Below, in pieces: positions 19,672 through 29,082 of a stretch of DNA of 59,158 nt. How positions within the stretch are numbered: position 1 is the first letter of the stretch; each line of letters opens with the position of its first letter. The notes below the pieces were generated by a model. That model did no database searches and was not told the origin of the DNA. It was given only the letters and a program-made list of their open reading frames with translations. Source of the DNA: a virus (taxonomy: Duplodnaviria; Caudoviricetes); IMG/VR virus record IMGVR_UViG_3300035683_000206, positions 1-59,158 of that record, one strand, 5' to 3'. The position numbers and the translations under genes were made by a program.

Positions 19672-19904
19672 TGCCCAAGTTTCGCAGGAAGCCGGTGGTG
19701 ATCGAGGCGGAGCAGTTCAACGGGTTGAACGATCCCCGTGGCGTTTTCCGTCGCGTAGAGGACGACTCGCCCTACGTCGTCACCATCCATGGCCAGCGCT
19801 GCTATATCGAGCCGGGCGACTGGATCATCCCTGAGCCGGACGGGGTGCACTACTACCCCTGCAAGCCCGGCATCTTCGCCGACACGTACGAGCCGGCCGA
19901 GTAG
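19671..19904 (+). CDS. Conserved small phage protein
   Basis: MPKFRRKPVVIEAEQF...GDWII...YPCKPGIF..TYE, a widespread phage family. Confidence 0.85.
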   Translation: MPKFRRKPVVIEAEQFNGLNDPRGVFRRVEDDSPYVVTIHGQRCYIEPGDWIIPEPDGVHYYPCKPGIFADTYEPAE

Positions 19905-19906
19905 CC

Positions 19907-20182
19907 GTGGACTGGATGCGCGAGTGCGTGCCGTGGGCCCGGCGCCTCGGCGAGTCGGAGATCCCCGGCCGCGACGCCACCGCCCCGGCGGTGAGCATCC
20001 GGGCCAGGGTGACCCCGAAGGCCACCCGGATCGGCGAGGACCGCGTGGCCAACCTGGTGGTGAAGGTCTTCGCCGAACACGAGGTCGCCGTCGGTGACCA
20101 GCTCGCCGGAGGAGAGGTGCTGCGCGCCGATCCGGCCGGCTTCCCCCCGCTCTTCCGCGTGTGCTATGTCCTCCGGACCTGA
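19907..20182 (+). CDS. Putative head closure protein
   Basis: Position and size. Confidence 0.55.
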   Translation: MDWMRECVPWARRLGESEIPGRDATAPAVSIRARVTPKATRIGEDRVANLVVKVFAEHEVAVGDQLAGGEVLRADPAGFPPLFRVCYVLRT

Positions 20183-20615
20183 CCTCTCCTTCGACGTCAT
20201 CACGGACTTCACGGCGCTGGAACGCCTCCCCGACCAGCTGACTCCCGCGGGCGCGGGCGCGCTGCGCCTCTGCGCGCTGGACCTGCTGAGCGAGAGCCTG
20301 CGCGAGGCGCCCGTCGACGAAGGCACGCTCCGCGGCAGCGCCTCGGCGCATTTCGGCGGCGCGCGTGTCGAGACCGGCCCCGCCCCAGGCGGCGACGCCG
20401 TGCCCGCGACCCCGCTGGACGGGGGCGCGGAGACCGACGAGGGCAGCGCGGCGGTCGTGTTCAACACCGCGTACGCGGCCGCGCAGCACGAGCGCACCGA
20501 CTTCGTGCACCCCAAGGGCGGCAAGCCGAAGTACCTCCAGGACGCCGCTACGCGGCACGCGGACCTCTACTTCGCGCAGATCGCGGCCGCCATGGCCCGG
20601 GAGCTCCCCGGATGA
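20166..20615 (+). CDS. HK97 gp10-like neck/tail completion protein
   Basis: APVDEGTLRGS, FNTAYAAAQHE, GKPKYL. Confidence 0.85.
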   Translation: MSSGPDLSFDVITDFTALERLPDQLTPAGAGALRLCALDLLSESLREAPVDEGTLRGSASAHFGGARVETGPAPGGDAVPATPLDGGAETDEGSAAVVFNTAYAAAQHERTDFVHPKGGKPKYLQDAATRHADLYFAQIAAAMARELPG

Positions 20616-20995
20616 TCGCGCTTGCGCTGCAGCAGCTGCTCAAGAGCGCGGGCCTGCCGTGGGTCGGGGTCGGCACGCTCGGCGACTTCGCCCCGGGGGC
20701 CGCGCCGCGGCTGTCCGTCTACGCGGCCGCGGGCGCCGGGGAGGGGCTCTACCCGGTCACGGTGCAGGTGCGCGCCCGGGCCGCCGACCTGGTGGCTGCG
20801 GAGGGCGCCTGTGCCATCGCGTACGACACGATCCTCCAGGCGCGGTACACCACCCTCCACTGGGCCGACGGCGCCCGTAGCGGAGCCTTCGATGTCCGCT
20901 GGATCGAGGCCCGGGACCGGCCCACCTGGTACCCGACCCCCGACCCCGGCGAGGAGGCCGCGGTCAACTTCACCGTCTACGTCCGGGAGGCCTGA
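20612..20995 (+). CDS. Tail terminator / minor capsid protein
   Basis: VQVRAR and C-terminal VNF; position. Confidence 0.7.
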   Translation: MIALALQQLLKSAGLPWVGVGTLGDFAPGAAPRLSVYAAAGAGEGLYPVTVQVRARAADLVAAEGACAIAYDTILQARYTTLHWADGARSGAFDVRWIEARDRPTWYPTPDPGEEAAVNFTVYVREA

Positions 20996-21125
20996 TGCAG
21001 AAGCTGAAGCGGCAGCCGCGCGTCATCGGCCGCGCGAGGATCAACCCCGCGGCCGTCGCGGGCGACGTGGTGAAGTTGACCGCGGCTTCCTCGCGCCCCA
21101 CCTCGACACCTCAACAGGTTTGACC

Positions 21126-22373
21126 ATGGACCGGAACTTCGACAATGCGGCCTTGGAGCTGGGACTCGCGCACGTCTTCCTGAGTGCCGACGTGGACGCG
21201 GTCGGCACCGGGGGCTGGCGGTACTTGGGACGGCCCGGCGGGGAGACTACCATCGTGCGCGGGGAACAGCGGCTCGGGATCGACCTGGACGAGGTCCAGG
21301 GGTCGCAGATCCGGGAGTTTGCCGGCCCCGCCCACGTCCAGGTGCGCCACTCGCTGGCGGAGCTGTCGCTGCACAACATCGCGGAGACCCGCCCCGGCTC
21401 CATGCTGTTCATGGACGAGGGCACCCCCGTTGCGGTCGGGATCGGCCGGGAAAGCCACCTCGATCTCACGGGAACGGCTCCCACGCTCATGATCGTCCCG
21501 GAGTGGTGCAACCTCGCTGCGATGGCTGCCGACGCCACGCACGCCGATTGGTTCGACGTCATTTTCGTCTGGCGCGCGGTCCCCACCGAACAGGGCCAGT
21601 TCTCGCTCTCCCCGCAGCAGGTCGCGACGGCGCCCGTCACGTTCACCGGCCTGTATGCGCAGACGCCTGCGGGGCTCGCCCAGAACCTCCCGGAGGGCTT
21701 CGCGCTCTACTTCCAGGGGAACCCCAAGCGGATCCCGGTGGCGCACGCGATGAACGCAGTCGGCGCGGCCATCGTGGTCCCCAACCTGTCGGGGCTGCTG
21801 AGCGCATTCGACCCGGCGGCCTTCCGGGACGAAAGTTACGACGCGTACTACGGCGACGCGTTCGCCGTGGGCGGGGGGATGGAGTTCGTCGGCCGGATGC
21901 GCGGCGCAAGGAACCTCACGTTCGCTACGCAGGTCGCGGCAACGACCACGGAGTTCACGGGGCAAACGCCAATCCGAGCCACGGCCGTGGGCGCGGTGGC
22001 GGCGGCGGAGCTTACCATCATGGAGCTTGGTATCCCCGTGCTGCGCAGGTACGCCCGCAGCCGCACCGAGGTCAAGGACGGCGCGGCCCTGGTGGGAGTC
22101 GGCGCCGGGGGGTCCCGATTCTCGCGCGTGGCGCTCCCGCTCGCCTTGCTGCTCCGGCCGTCTTCAGCCGCGGACGGCGACCGCTCCCGCGACATCATCC
22201 TCTGGCACGCCGTCCCCACGGGGGACTGGGAGGAGACCTTCCGCCGCGCCACCCGCGACATGACGCTGCGCTTCCAGGCGCGCGTGTGGGACGGCGCCCA
22301 GGTCCCCAACGGCGCCAAGGTCGCACTCTGGGGCGACGCCGTCGCCGCCGGGATTCCGGTGACGTACGAGTAG
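21126..22373 (+). CDS. Major tail tube protein (tandem duplicated domain)
   Basis: Position before chaperone and TMP; two similar halves. Confidence 0.7.
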   Translation: MDRNFDNAALELGLAHVFLSADVDAVGTGGWRYLGRPGGETTIVRGEQRLGIDLDEVQGSQIREFAGPAHVQVRHSLAELSLHNIAETRPGSMLFMDEGTPVAVGIGRESHLDLTGTAPTLMIVPEWCNLAAMAADATHADWFDVIFVWRAVPTEQGQFSLSPQQVATAPVTFTGLYAQTPAGLAQNLPEGFALYFQGNPKRIPVAHAMNAVGAAIVVPNLSGLLSAFDPAAFRDESYDAYYGDAFAVGGGMEFVGRMRGARNLTFATQVAATTTEFTGQTPIRATAVGAVAAAELTIMELGIPVLRRYARSRTEVKDGAALVGVGAGGSRFSRVALPLALLLRPSSAADGDRSRDIILWHAVPTGDWEETFRRATRDMTLRFQARVWDGAQVPNGAKVALWGDAVAAGIPVTYE

Positions 22374-22437
22374 CCCTGCTGCACCGGTCTCTCTCCTCTG
22401 TCTGCACCTCCGTTCCTCAACCCCACCTGCCCCCACC

Positions 22438-22809
22438 ATGGCCCAGCAGACCCTTTCTTTCAGCAAGTACCGCGCGGCCGTAGCGCGGCCCCAAGTGGAG
22501 ATCGACGGAATCACGTACACGGGGCGGCCGTTCACCGTGAACCAGGCCATCGAATTCATGGCAGTCGGCGAGGACACCAGCGAATCGGCGGAGCGCCGCG
22601 GGCTGGAGCTCATGCGCGACGCGATGGCCTCCCGCCTCTTCACCGCGGACGGCAACCCCATCGACCCGGCCATCATCGGCGCGCTGGCGGCCGACGAGCT
22701 GAACATGCTCGCGGATTTTTTCTTCGCGTCGGGGACGAACCGGCCCGGGGCGGGGATCCCGGAACGGCTCGCCCCCTACATGGAGGAGAGCCCGGCGGCG
22801 ACGGCGTAG
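22438..22809 (+). CDS. Tail assembly chaperone (gpG-like)
   Basis: Between tail tube and TMP; contains a slippery heptamer. Confidence 0.75.
   Translation: MAQQTLSFSKYRAAVARPQVEIDGITYTGRPFTVNQAIEFMAVGEDTSESAERRGLELMRDAMASRLFTADGNPIDPAIIGALAADELNMLADFFFASGTNRPGAGIPERLAPYMEESPAATA
22716..22722 (+). other. -1 programmed ribosomal frameshift site
   Basis: T TTT TTC in the gpG frame; the -1 frame is open from here to the stop at 23168. Confidence 0.75.
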
Positions 22810-23168
22810 GTCCACTCGACCCGCCCGCGGATTTCGGCCTCGCTGTAGACTGGTTCGTCCGCGTGTACGGGGCGGACCGCTTCGACGGCGGGGCGGTGGG
22901 CTGGCTGGAGTTCTGGCGAGCCTACGAGAACATCCCCGCAGTTCTCAACCGGGAACTCTCGCTGCACCTGGACCTGCACCTCTATGGGGCGGCACTCTCC
23001 AGCGGCGAGGACGCGAAGCCCGTACGCGACGGCATAGAGCAGCGAATCACGAGCGGCGCGCGCTGGGACGGGCGCCCGCCTCCCCCTCCCTCCGCTCCCG
23101 GCGCCAGCCTGGACGCGAAGCGCGCGAGGTTCCGCGCCGCCAGCCCCGCCCCGCCCCCTCCCCCGTAG
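22716..23168 (+). CDS. gpT-like frameshift extension of the tail chaperone
   Basis: -1 frame relative to 22438; ends 9 bp before the TMP start. Confidence 0.7.
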   Translation, partial: FFLRVGDEPARGGDPGTARPLHGGEPGGDGVGPLDPPADFGLAVDWFVRVYGADRFDGGAVGWLEFWRAYENIPAVLNRELSLHLDLHLYGAALSSGEDAKPVRDGIEQRITSGARWDGRPPPPPSAPGASLDAKRARFRAASPAPPPPP

Positions 23169-23177
23169 CTCCCCGCC

Positions 23178-25505
23178 ATGTACACAGTCGGCGCGATTAA
23201 AGCGACCCTCTCCCTGGACTACTCCGCGTTCAGGGCGGGGGTCGCGTCCGTTCGGTCCCAGGCCGCGGCCCTCGCGCACGACCTCCGCGCGCAGATGGGG
23301 GGCGCGGGCGGCTCCGTATCGCGCACGATGCGCGGCATGGCGGGGGACGTCCGCAGCGGCATGCGCTCCATGCAGACCGAAGCCGCGGCGGGGATGCGCG
23401 ACGTGGTGCAGACGGTGGAACAGGGCATGGATCGTGTCGAGAACGCGACCCGTGGTGGTGGCGGCGGGGGCGGGCGCTTCGGCGGCATCGGCGGCCGGCT
23501 CATGGGCATGGCGACGGGGTGGGCCGCTGGCCTTGTCACCGTGTCGGCGCTGGCGGCAGGGGTCGGCAAGGCATTCGAGGCGACGGACCGGCTTGACGCC
23601 TCGCAGCGGGAGTTGGCGGCCACGGCCAAAATCACCGGGCAAAACCTCGGATTTCTCCAGAAAACGGCCGCCGACACGAACGACACTTACAGGCTGGGGG
23701 GCAAGCTCTCCAACGAGTACGCAATCGCGCTCACCAAGCTCACCAGCAAGGCCGGGGAGGTCGACAAGACCGGGGAGGCCATCGCCCGCGCTCTCGACCT
23801 GGGAGCGGCGCGCGGGCTGACGGCCGCGGAGACCCTGCAGGCGGTGGAGCAGGCGATAATCGGCGTGGACGAAGGCACCGACAAGCTGCTGGGCATGAAC
23901 CCGAGCGTCGCGTATCAGAAGTACGCGGAGAGCATCGGGACCACTGCCGCGAAGCTGACCGAGGCCGGCAAGGCGCAGGCGATCTACAACGAGCTGCACG
24001 TGCAGGGCGGGAAGGTGGCGGGCGAGTACGCCGAATGGCTCAAGAGTCCGGCTGGGCAGCAGCAAGTATTGCGCATCAAGACCGAGGAAGCCGCGGCGAG
24101 CATCGGCCGCAGCATGAACGGTATCCGCACGACCGCCCTCCCCGTGCTGGCGGATCTGGCGGAGTGGACCGCCAAAGCCGCGCTGGAGGTGCGGATCTGG
24201 GCCGCCGGGTTCCCCATGTACGCGGCGCAGGTGAAGCTTTGGGCGGCCGAAGTGAACGACTCTTGGGGCGGCGCGCTGGAGGCCATCAGCGGGAAAGTCG
24301 TTGCCTTCGCGGAGTGGACAAAGACCCTTCCCGAATGGGCTCAAAAGCTGTTCGGCTTCACGCTCAAGCCGAGCGATTTCGTCATGGGCAACGCCGCTCG
24401 CATCATCAACCGGGCGGCGGCGACCGGGGTGGACGACGCGAGAAAGGAGCTTGAGGCGGCGCGCAACGCCTACAACCTTGAGGCCGCGCGGCTCCGCCAG
24501 GACATGAAAACGGCGATCACCGGCGACACCTCGCCCGTAGACTTCGACGTCGGGCCGCTCTCCGAGGACAAGGAGGGGCGCGGCAGGAAGGCGCGCGAGC
24601 GCGACGCGATCCGCGACGCCATCAACGTCTACAAGGAAGCCAACGCCGAGGGGCTGATCCGAGAGCAGCACCTTGCCCGGCTCGCGACCCTGCACGACAC
24701 CGTCTCGGCGGCGCTCCGGCGGGAGCTGGCGACGCACAGCGGGACCGTCGAAAGCCTCACGCGGGAGCTGGACCTGCGGGAAAAGCTGCGGGACATCGAA
24801 GGGGTCCGGCTCACCCGCCGCGCGAACCCGGACCCCGTGGACCCCGGCACGCCCGCAATCTCCACCCGCGTTCCGCTCCCTGCGCCGCCGACCGACAAGT
24901 GGACCGACTTCGAAAGCACCCTGGCGAAGATAAACGGTCTACTTGGTCGGACCGTTCTCGGCATGGGGGAACTCACCAACCTCGCGAAGGGCGGGATCAC
25001 AGAAACGTTCATGGGTCTCGGCGCCGCCATCGAGGCGGCTTTCGCGGCCGGGGTGGACGGGAGCCGCAGCATGGCCCGCGCCTTCGGAGGCACCATGCTT
25101 ACCGCGATTGCGCAGGTCGCGCGCGGCTTCGGCCAGACGTTCCTTGGCCTCGCCGCGGGCGCGGTCGGAACGGCCCTGCTGACGGGCGACGTTAGCAAGC
25201 TCGGGGCAGCGGCCAAGCTTACGGCCGCGGGCCTGGGCCTCATGGCGATTGCGGGGGGCGTGGGCGCCGCGGGCGCCACCATCGGCACCCCCGGCGGCTT
25301 TGCGGGGCAGTCCGCGGGCGGGCGCGGTGCGTCCGACGCGGTCGCCGGCGCGCAGCGGCCCGAACAGATCATCATCTACGTGCAGCAGCTCGACCCGCAG
25401 TCCCCTGCCGTGCAGCGCGTGGTGTACGTCGCAAACGGCAAGGCCGTCGACCGCTTCGGCGCAGGCCAGCATGACGCCGTGCAGGTCCACGGCTGGGCTG
25501 GCTAA
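23178..25505 (+). CDS. Tape measure protein
   Basis: VGAIKATLSLD N-terminus; Ala/Gly-rich helical 775 aa; follows the G/GT chaperone. Confidence 0.88.
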   Translation: MYTVGAIKATLSLDYSAFRAGVASVRSQAAALAHDLRAQMGGAGGSVSRTMRGMAGDVRSGMRSMQTEAAAGMRDVVQTVEQGMDRVENATRGGGGGGGRFGGIGGRLMGMATGWAAGLVTVSALAAGVGKAFEATDRLDASQRELAATAKITGQNLGFLQKTAADTNDTYRLGGKLSNEYAIALTKLTSKAGEVDKTGEAIARALDLGAARGLTAAETLQAVEQAIIGVDEGTDKLLGMNPSVAYQKYAESIGTTAAKLTEAGKAQAIYNELHVQGGKVAGEYAEWLKSPAGQQQVLRIKTEEAAASIGRSMNGIRTTALPVLADLAEWTAKAALEVRIWAAGFPMYAAQVKLWAAEVNDSWGGALEAISGKVVAFAEWTKTLPEWAQKLFGFTLKPSDFVMGNAARIINRAAATGVDDARKELEAARNAYNLEAARLRQDMKTAITGDTSPVDFDVGPLSEDKEGRGRKARERDAIRDAINVYKEANAEGLIREQHLARLATLHDTVSAALRRELATHSGTVESLTRELDLREKLRDIEGVRLTRRANPDPVDPGTPAISTRVPLPAPPTDKWTDFESTLAKINGLLGRTVLGMGELTNLAKGGITETFMGLGAAIEAAFAAGVDGSRSMARAFGGTMLTAIAQVARGFGQTFLGLAAGAVGTALLTGDVSKLGAAAKLTAAGLGLMAIAGGVGAAGATIGTPGGFAGQSAGGRGASDAVAGAQRPEQIIIYVQQLDPQSPAVQRVVYVANGKAVDRFGAGQHDAVQVHGWAG

Positions 25506-25516
25506 GGCCGGGGCCG

Positions 25517-26890
25517 TCACGCCGCGCAGCTCCGCCGGGTGGCGATGGCGCGGAGCGAGAGCCACGCCCGATACTCATCAGGCGTTTTCGCGTTCTTGGA
25601 AAGGTTGCAGGACGGGCATGCGCAGACGATGTTCTCCGGGTAGTCCGATCCGCCCCGCGCGAGCGGCACCAGGTGGTCCGCATGGAAGTCGTCCCCCAGG
25701 TCGGCCGTGCACCAGTAGCACCGGCCGCCCTGCGCTTGGTACTGCCGCCGCACGTCGTCCAGGGTGTGGCTCCCGGGTGCGTTCTTTAGGCGGGCGCGCC
25801 GCAGCGCACGGGCGTTGTACCGCTGTTCGCGGCGCTGCTCCGGGGAAAGGGCCTTCCAGGCCGCCGCGCGGCACGCCCGGCACTTCGCCAAGAAGCCCTC
25901 CCGCTTGCTGTACGCGAAGCCAGAGGCCGGGTCCGGGTAGTGCTCGCCGCACCCCGTGCACGTCTTGCCGGTCTCTCGGGCTTTCGCCGCGATCCGCTCC
26001 AGCTCGCCTGGCCGCGCCAGCCGTTCCAGCCGAGCCGCGGTCGTGCATGGAGTGCACCAGGTGTTGAGCCCGTCGAACATCCTCGCGCTCACTGCGAAGC
26101 ACTCTGCGGGCTTGCGGGCCCCGCACCGCCGGCACTCCTTGCCGTTCGCCTGCCGATCCGCGATGATCCGCGCCCGCTCCGCCTCGCGGGCGGCCCGGCG
26201 GGCCGCGATCTCTTCCGCGGGCACCCGGCGGCGCCTCGCGTCGGCCGCGCAGCACGCCCGGCACCTCGCCTCATACCCCTGGCGTCTGCAGCGGTAGAAG
26301 CCAGCCGCCGCGTCCGGGTAGTGCACCCCGCACTTCCGGCACGTCTTGCCCGCGGCAGGGGGCCGGACGGGGCCCTGCGCCGCCCGCCTCCGACTGCACG
26401 CGATGCACCGCCCCTGCAACCCGTCGCGCGCGCCGACGTCACGGTGGAAGGCCGCCGCCGCGTCCGGGTAGTGGACCCCGCACCCGGGACAGGTCTTATT
26501 TGTGGTGGCTTGGGCTTCGCGGTTGCGCAGCTCGTAGCGGACCCGGTGCGCTCTGCGCGCCTCGCTCATACACTCCCTACACCAGCTCGCGAGGCCGTCA
26601 CGGCCCTTCGCCTGCCGGTGGAAGCCCGCCGCCGGGTCCGGGTAGAGCGTTCCGCACTTCGTGCAAGTCTTGCCCGCCACACGCTCCGCCGCCCGGCGCG
26701 CTGCCCGCTCCGCAGCGAGTCCGGCACGGCCAGGTCCGCCCGCCTTCGACGCCGCGGCGCAGCAGGCGCGGCAATGGCTCCTGAGACCGTCCCGCTTGTC
26801 GGCGGCCTTGTGGAATCCTGCCGCCGGATCCGGGTAGTGCACCCCGCACCCGGTGCACGTCTTGCCTACGACCGCGGCCGGCGCGGTCAA
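25517..26890 (-). CDS. HNH endonuclease with six N-terminal Zn-ribbon repeats
   Basis: 6x KxCxxCG...F...G....CxxC; C-terminal CYWC...DHLVPLARGG...NIVCACPSCN; TTG start overlaps the upstream stop. Confidence 0.85.
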   Translation of the reverse strand: MTAPAAVVGKTCTGCGVHYPDPAAGFHKAADKRDGLRSHCRACCAAASKAGGPGRAGLAAERAARRAAERVAGKTCTKCGTLYPDPAAGFHRQAKGRDGLASWCRECMSEARRAHRVRYELRNREAQATTNKTCPGCGVHYPDAAAAFHRDVGARDGLQGRCIACSRRRAAQGPVRPPAAGKTCRKCGVHYPDAAAGFYRCRRQGYEARCRACCAADARRRRVPAEEIAARRAAREAERARIIADRQANGKECRRCGARKPAECFAVSARMFDGLNTWCTPCTTAARLERLARPGELERIAAKARETGKTCTGCGEHYPDPASGFAYSKREGFLAKCRACRAAAWKALSPEQRREQRYNARALRRARLKNAPGSHTLDDVRRQYQAQGGRCYWCTADLGDDFHADHLVPLARGGSDYPENIVCACPSCNLSKNAKTPDEYRAWLSLRAIATRRSCAA

Positions 26891-28164
26891 GCGGCCCTCC
26901 CTGCCTTGGCGGCGCGTCCCGCTGCACGGCGCCGCGCATTCCTGACCCTGGCGCACACCGGGCACCACCGGCCTTGTCGTACGTTGCCCGGTCTGGCGCC
27001 CCAACGGTGCCCGGCACAGCACTCCCATTCCAGGTGCGACCGGTTGTCGGCGTACGCGGTGGAGATCAGGCGCCCGCCCCGGGCCTCGGCAAGTGCCCGC
27101 AGTTCCGCGAGCGGCCCCGTCAGGTATGCAGGGGCCAGGTCCACGGCCCGCGTGCTCCAGCCGGCCGGGAGGGGCCGCCCCGCAGCGAGGAAGGCCGCTT
27201 CCACCGCCGCGCGCACCTCGCGGACCCGCCCGGCCGCGTCCACGGTGGCGAACTCCGGTACCTCCACCAGCAGCACCCCGGCCGCCGCGCACGCGCTCCG
27301 CTTCCAGGCATCCCCCTCTTGCACCCGGCGCAGGTCTGAGGCGGTGCGAGTCATGCTGCCGATCAGCCGGTAGTGCTGGGCTCCCTGGTACTCGAACGCG
27401 AGCCGCAGCGGCGCCGCGTACCCGTCCAGCTCGCGCCGCCGCGCGCCCGGCGAAGGACGCAGCCACGCGGGCCGCGTCTTCGGGAACGGGACCCCGAAGA
27501 GCTGTTCCAGGGCGGTGCGGACCATGCGCTCGGAGAGGGAGCCAGAGCAGGTCGGGCACCATGCGCCCCGAAGAATGCCGCTGGGGACCGCGCTCCAGCG
27601 GTGGCCCTCGCTGCACTCCCATTCCAGGTGCGAGTGCGTGTCAAGGTAGACGGTCGAGAGGCACCGGCCGCCCCGGGCTTCCGCAGCGCGCCGCGCGCGC
27701 TCCCACGACGCCGCGCTTGCCCCAGCCTTCGCCGTCTTGCCACCGCACCGCCTACACCACTTCCCCAGTCGCACGCTGCCGGGAATCGCGCGCCAGCGGT
27801 GCCCCACCGCGCACTCCCACTCCAGATGCGTGCTTTTGTTGACGTACTCGCTGGACAGGCACCGGCCGCCGCGGGCCGCCGCGAGCGCGTGCATGGTTTC
27901 GATGTCGAGGCGCGCGGTCCCCGCGCACTTCGGGCACCAGTTCCCCTGCTGCACGCGGTTGGGGGTGGCGCGCCAGCGGTGCCCCGCCGCGCACTCCCAT
28001 TCCAGGGGTGTTTTGGCGTTCACGTACACCGCGGCAACGCAACGGCCGCCCCGGGCCGCGGCGTATCCGTGCATCGTCTCCAGCGTCGGCCGCGCGCGGG
28101 GCACGCCCCGCCGCGTCGCGGCCGGGGGGGTCTCCCCCGGCCGCGCGACGGTCGCCTGGTTCAC
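26887..28164 (-). CDS. Zn-ribbon repeat protein with PD-(D/E)xK/Vsr-like endonuclease domain
   Basis: 4x ARGGR....Y......LEWEC..GHRW.A.P......WC..C; SERMVR...ELDGY....LAFEYQGAQHY. Confidence 0.85.
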   Translation of the reverse strand: MNQATVARPGETPPAATRRGVPRARPTLETMHGYAAARGGRCVAAVYVNAKTPLEWECAAGHRWRATPNRVQQGNWCPKCAGTARLDIETMHALAAARGGRCLSSEYVNKSTHLEWECAVGHRWRAIPGSVRLGKWCRRCGGKTAKAGASAASWERARRAAEARGGRCLSTVYLDTHSHLEWECSEGHRWSAVPSGILRGAWCPTCSGSLSERMVRTALEQLFGVPFPKTRPAWLRPSPGARRRELDGYAAPLRLAFEYQGAQHYRLIGSMTRTASDLRRVQEGDAWKRSACAAAGVLLVEVPEFATVDAAGRVREVRAAVEAAFLAAGRPLPAGWSTRAVDLAPAYLTGPLAELRALAEARGGRLISTAYADNRSHLEWECCAGHRWGARPGNVRQGRWCPVCARVRNARRRAAGRAAKAGRAA

Positions 28165-28505
28165 GAGGCCCACCGCACGCCGTCCAGCGGCCAGTGCTCC
28201 ATGATCGAGCCGACCGTCTCCAGCCCCGAAAACCCGCTCCGCTCGTACGGGTGCAGGGACGATTCCGGCACCTTGCGCGAGGGGCCCACCTCGCGCTCGC
28301 AGAACTCCTGCACCTGCTCCGGCTTCCCGAACACGCCGACGCGGTCCGGCCGGTGCTGCGCATTCTGGAGCCGCCATTCCCCGCGGCGCCCCCACGGGGC
28401 CGCCTGGACGTAGACCGCCCCGCGGCGCCCGGTCACAAGCACGTTGCCGGCCGTTACGTCCAGCCCCGCCGCTTCCATCGCCTCCACCACCTGAGTCTTG
28501 CGCAT
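28161..28505 (-). CDS. Hypothetical protein
   Basis: GGAGG RBS; GTGA coupling to the nuclease gene. Confidence 0.65.
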   Translation of the reverse strand: MRKTQVVEAMEAAGLDVTAGNVLVTGRRGAVYVQAAPWGRRGEWRLQNAQHRPDRVGVFGKPEQVQEFCEREVGPSRKVPESSLHPYERSGFSGLETVGSIMEHWPLDGVRWAS

Positions 28506-28639
28506 CGGATTCGCCTCCGCTTGCCCGGGGCGCCGCCGCTGCGCATATTCAACGCGGCGCGGCCCTCGGGTCGTTGCTGGGGGCGGTGCGTCGGGGTTCT
28601 CTGGCAAGGGGAGCCGGCGCATCGCCCTTCGTTTTGCCC

Positions 28640-28693
28640 GCAAGCAACGTTGCTTGCGTAACGTAATTTACTTTACGTGTCGTTCGCTGTCAA
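28640..28693 (-). promoter_or_regulatory. Promoter/operator of the nuclease operon
   Basis: Minus-strand TTGACA(28693-28688)-N17-TAAATT; GTAACGTAA at 28658; 18-bp palindrome GCAAGCAACGTTGCTTGC at 28640-28657. Confidence 0.7.
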
Positions 28694-28881
28694 GAGATCG
28701 GTAGGTGTGTATGCGCGATCCGATTCCTCTGCCTATGGGCGGTCGTGACTCAAACGGCGCGGGTCCTGTCGCATCTGGTGCGGCCTCCCCGGTGCTCCAC
28801 GGCACCAAGCGAGATAGCTTTAAGGGGCCGCGGGAATGCGTCCCGCGGCCCCTTCCCCCCCTCTTCCTTCCAAGGCACACT

Positions 28882-29082
28882 ATGAACCGACGCACCACCC
28901 TGGCCGTCCTCGCCGCGCTTGGGCTCCTCGCCGCATGCGCGGAGCCGTCCGGCCCCGAAACCTCGTCCGCGCGTGCACCCCGCAGCTCGGTCGCGGACAC
29001 AGCGCAGCGGACCGTGACCACGACAACCACTGACACAACCTCCGCAGGGCGGGGTGGGCCGGTGGTCGGGAGCGGGAACTAG
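28882..29082 (+). CDS. Small lipoprotein / candidate signalling propeptide 1 (66 aa)
   Basis: MNRRTTLAVLAALGLLAAC lipobox; Thr-rich linker; C-terminal RGGPVVGSGN. Confidence 0.8.
   Translation: MNRRTTLAVLAALGLLAACAEPSGPETSSARAPRSSVADTAQRTVTTTTTDTTSAGRGGPVVGSGN

Noticed and set aside
26891-27622. N-terminal extension of the HNH ORF given in the track
   Set aside because: Overlaps the upstream nuclease in another frame; the TTG at 26890 is coupled to its stop
25900-28080. Possible DGR template/variable repeats
   Set aside because: The repeats are protein-domain duplications; no reverse transcriptase and no adenine-specific variation seen
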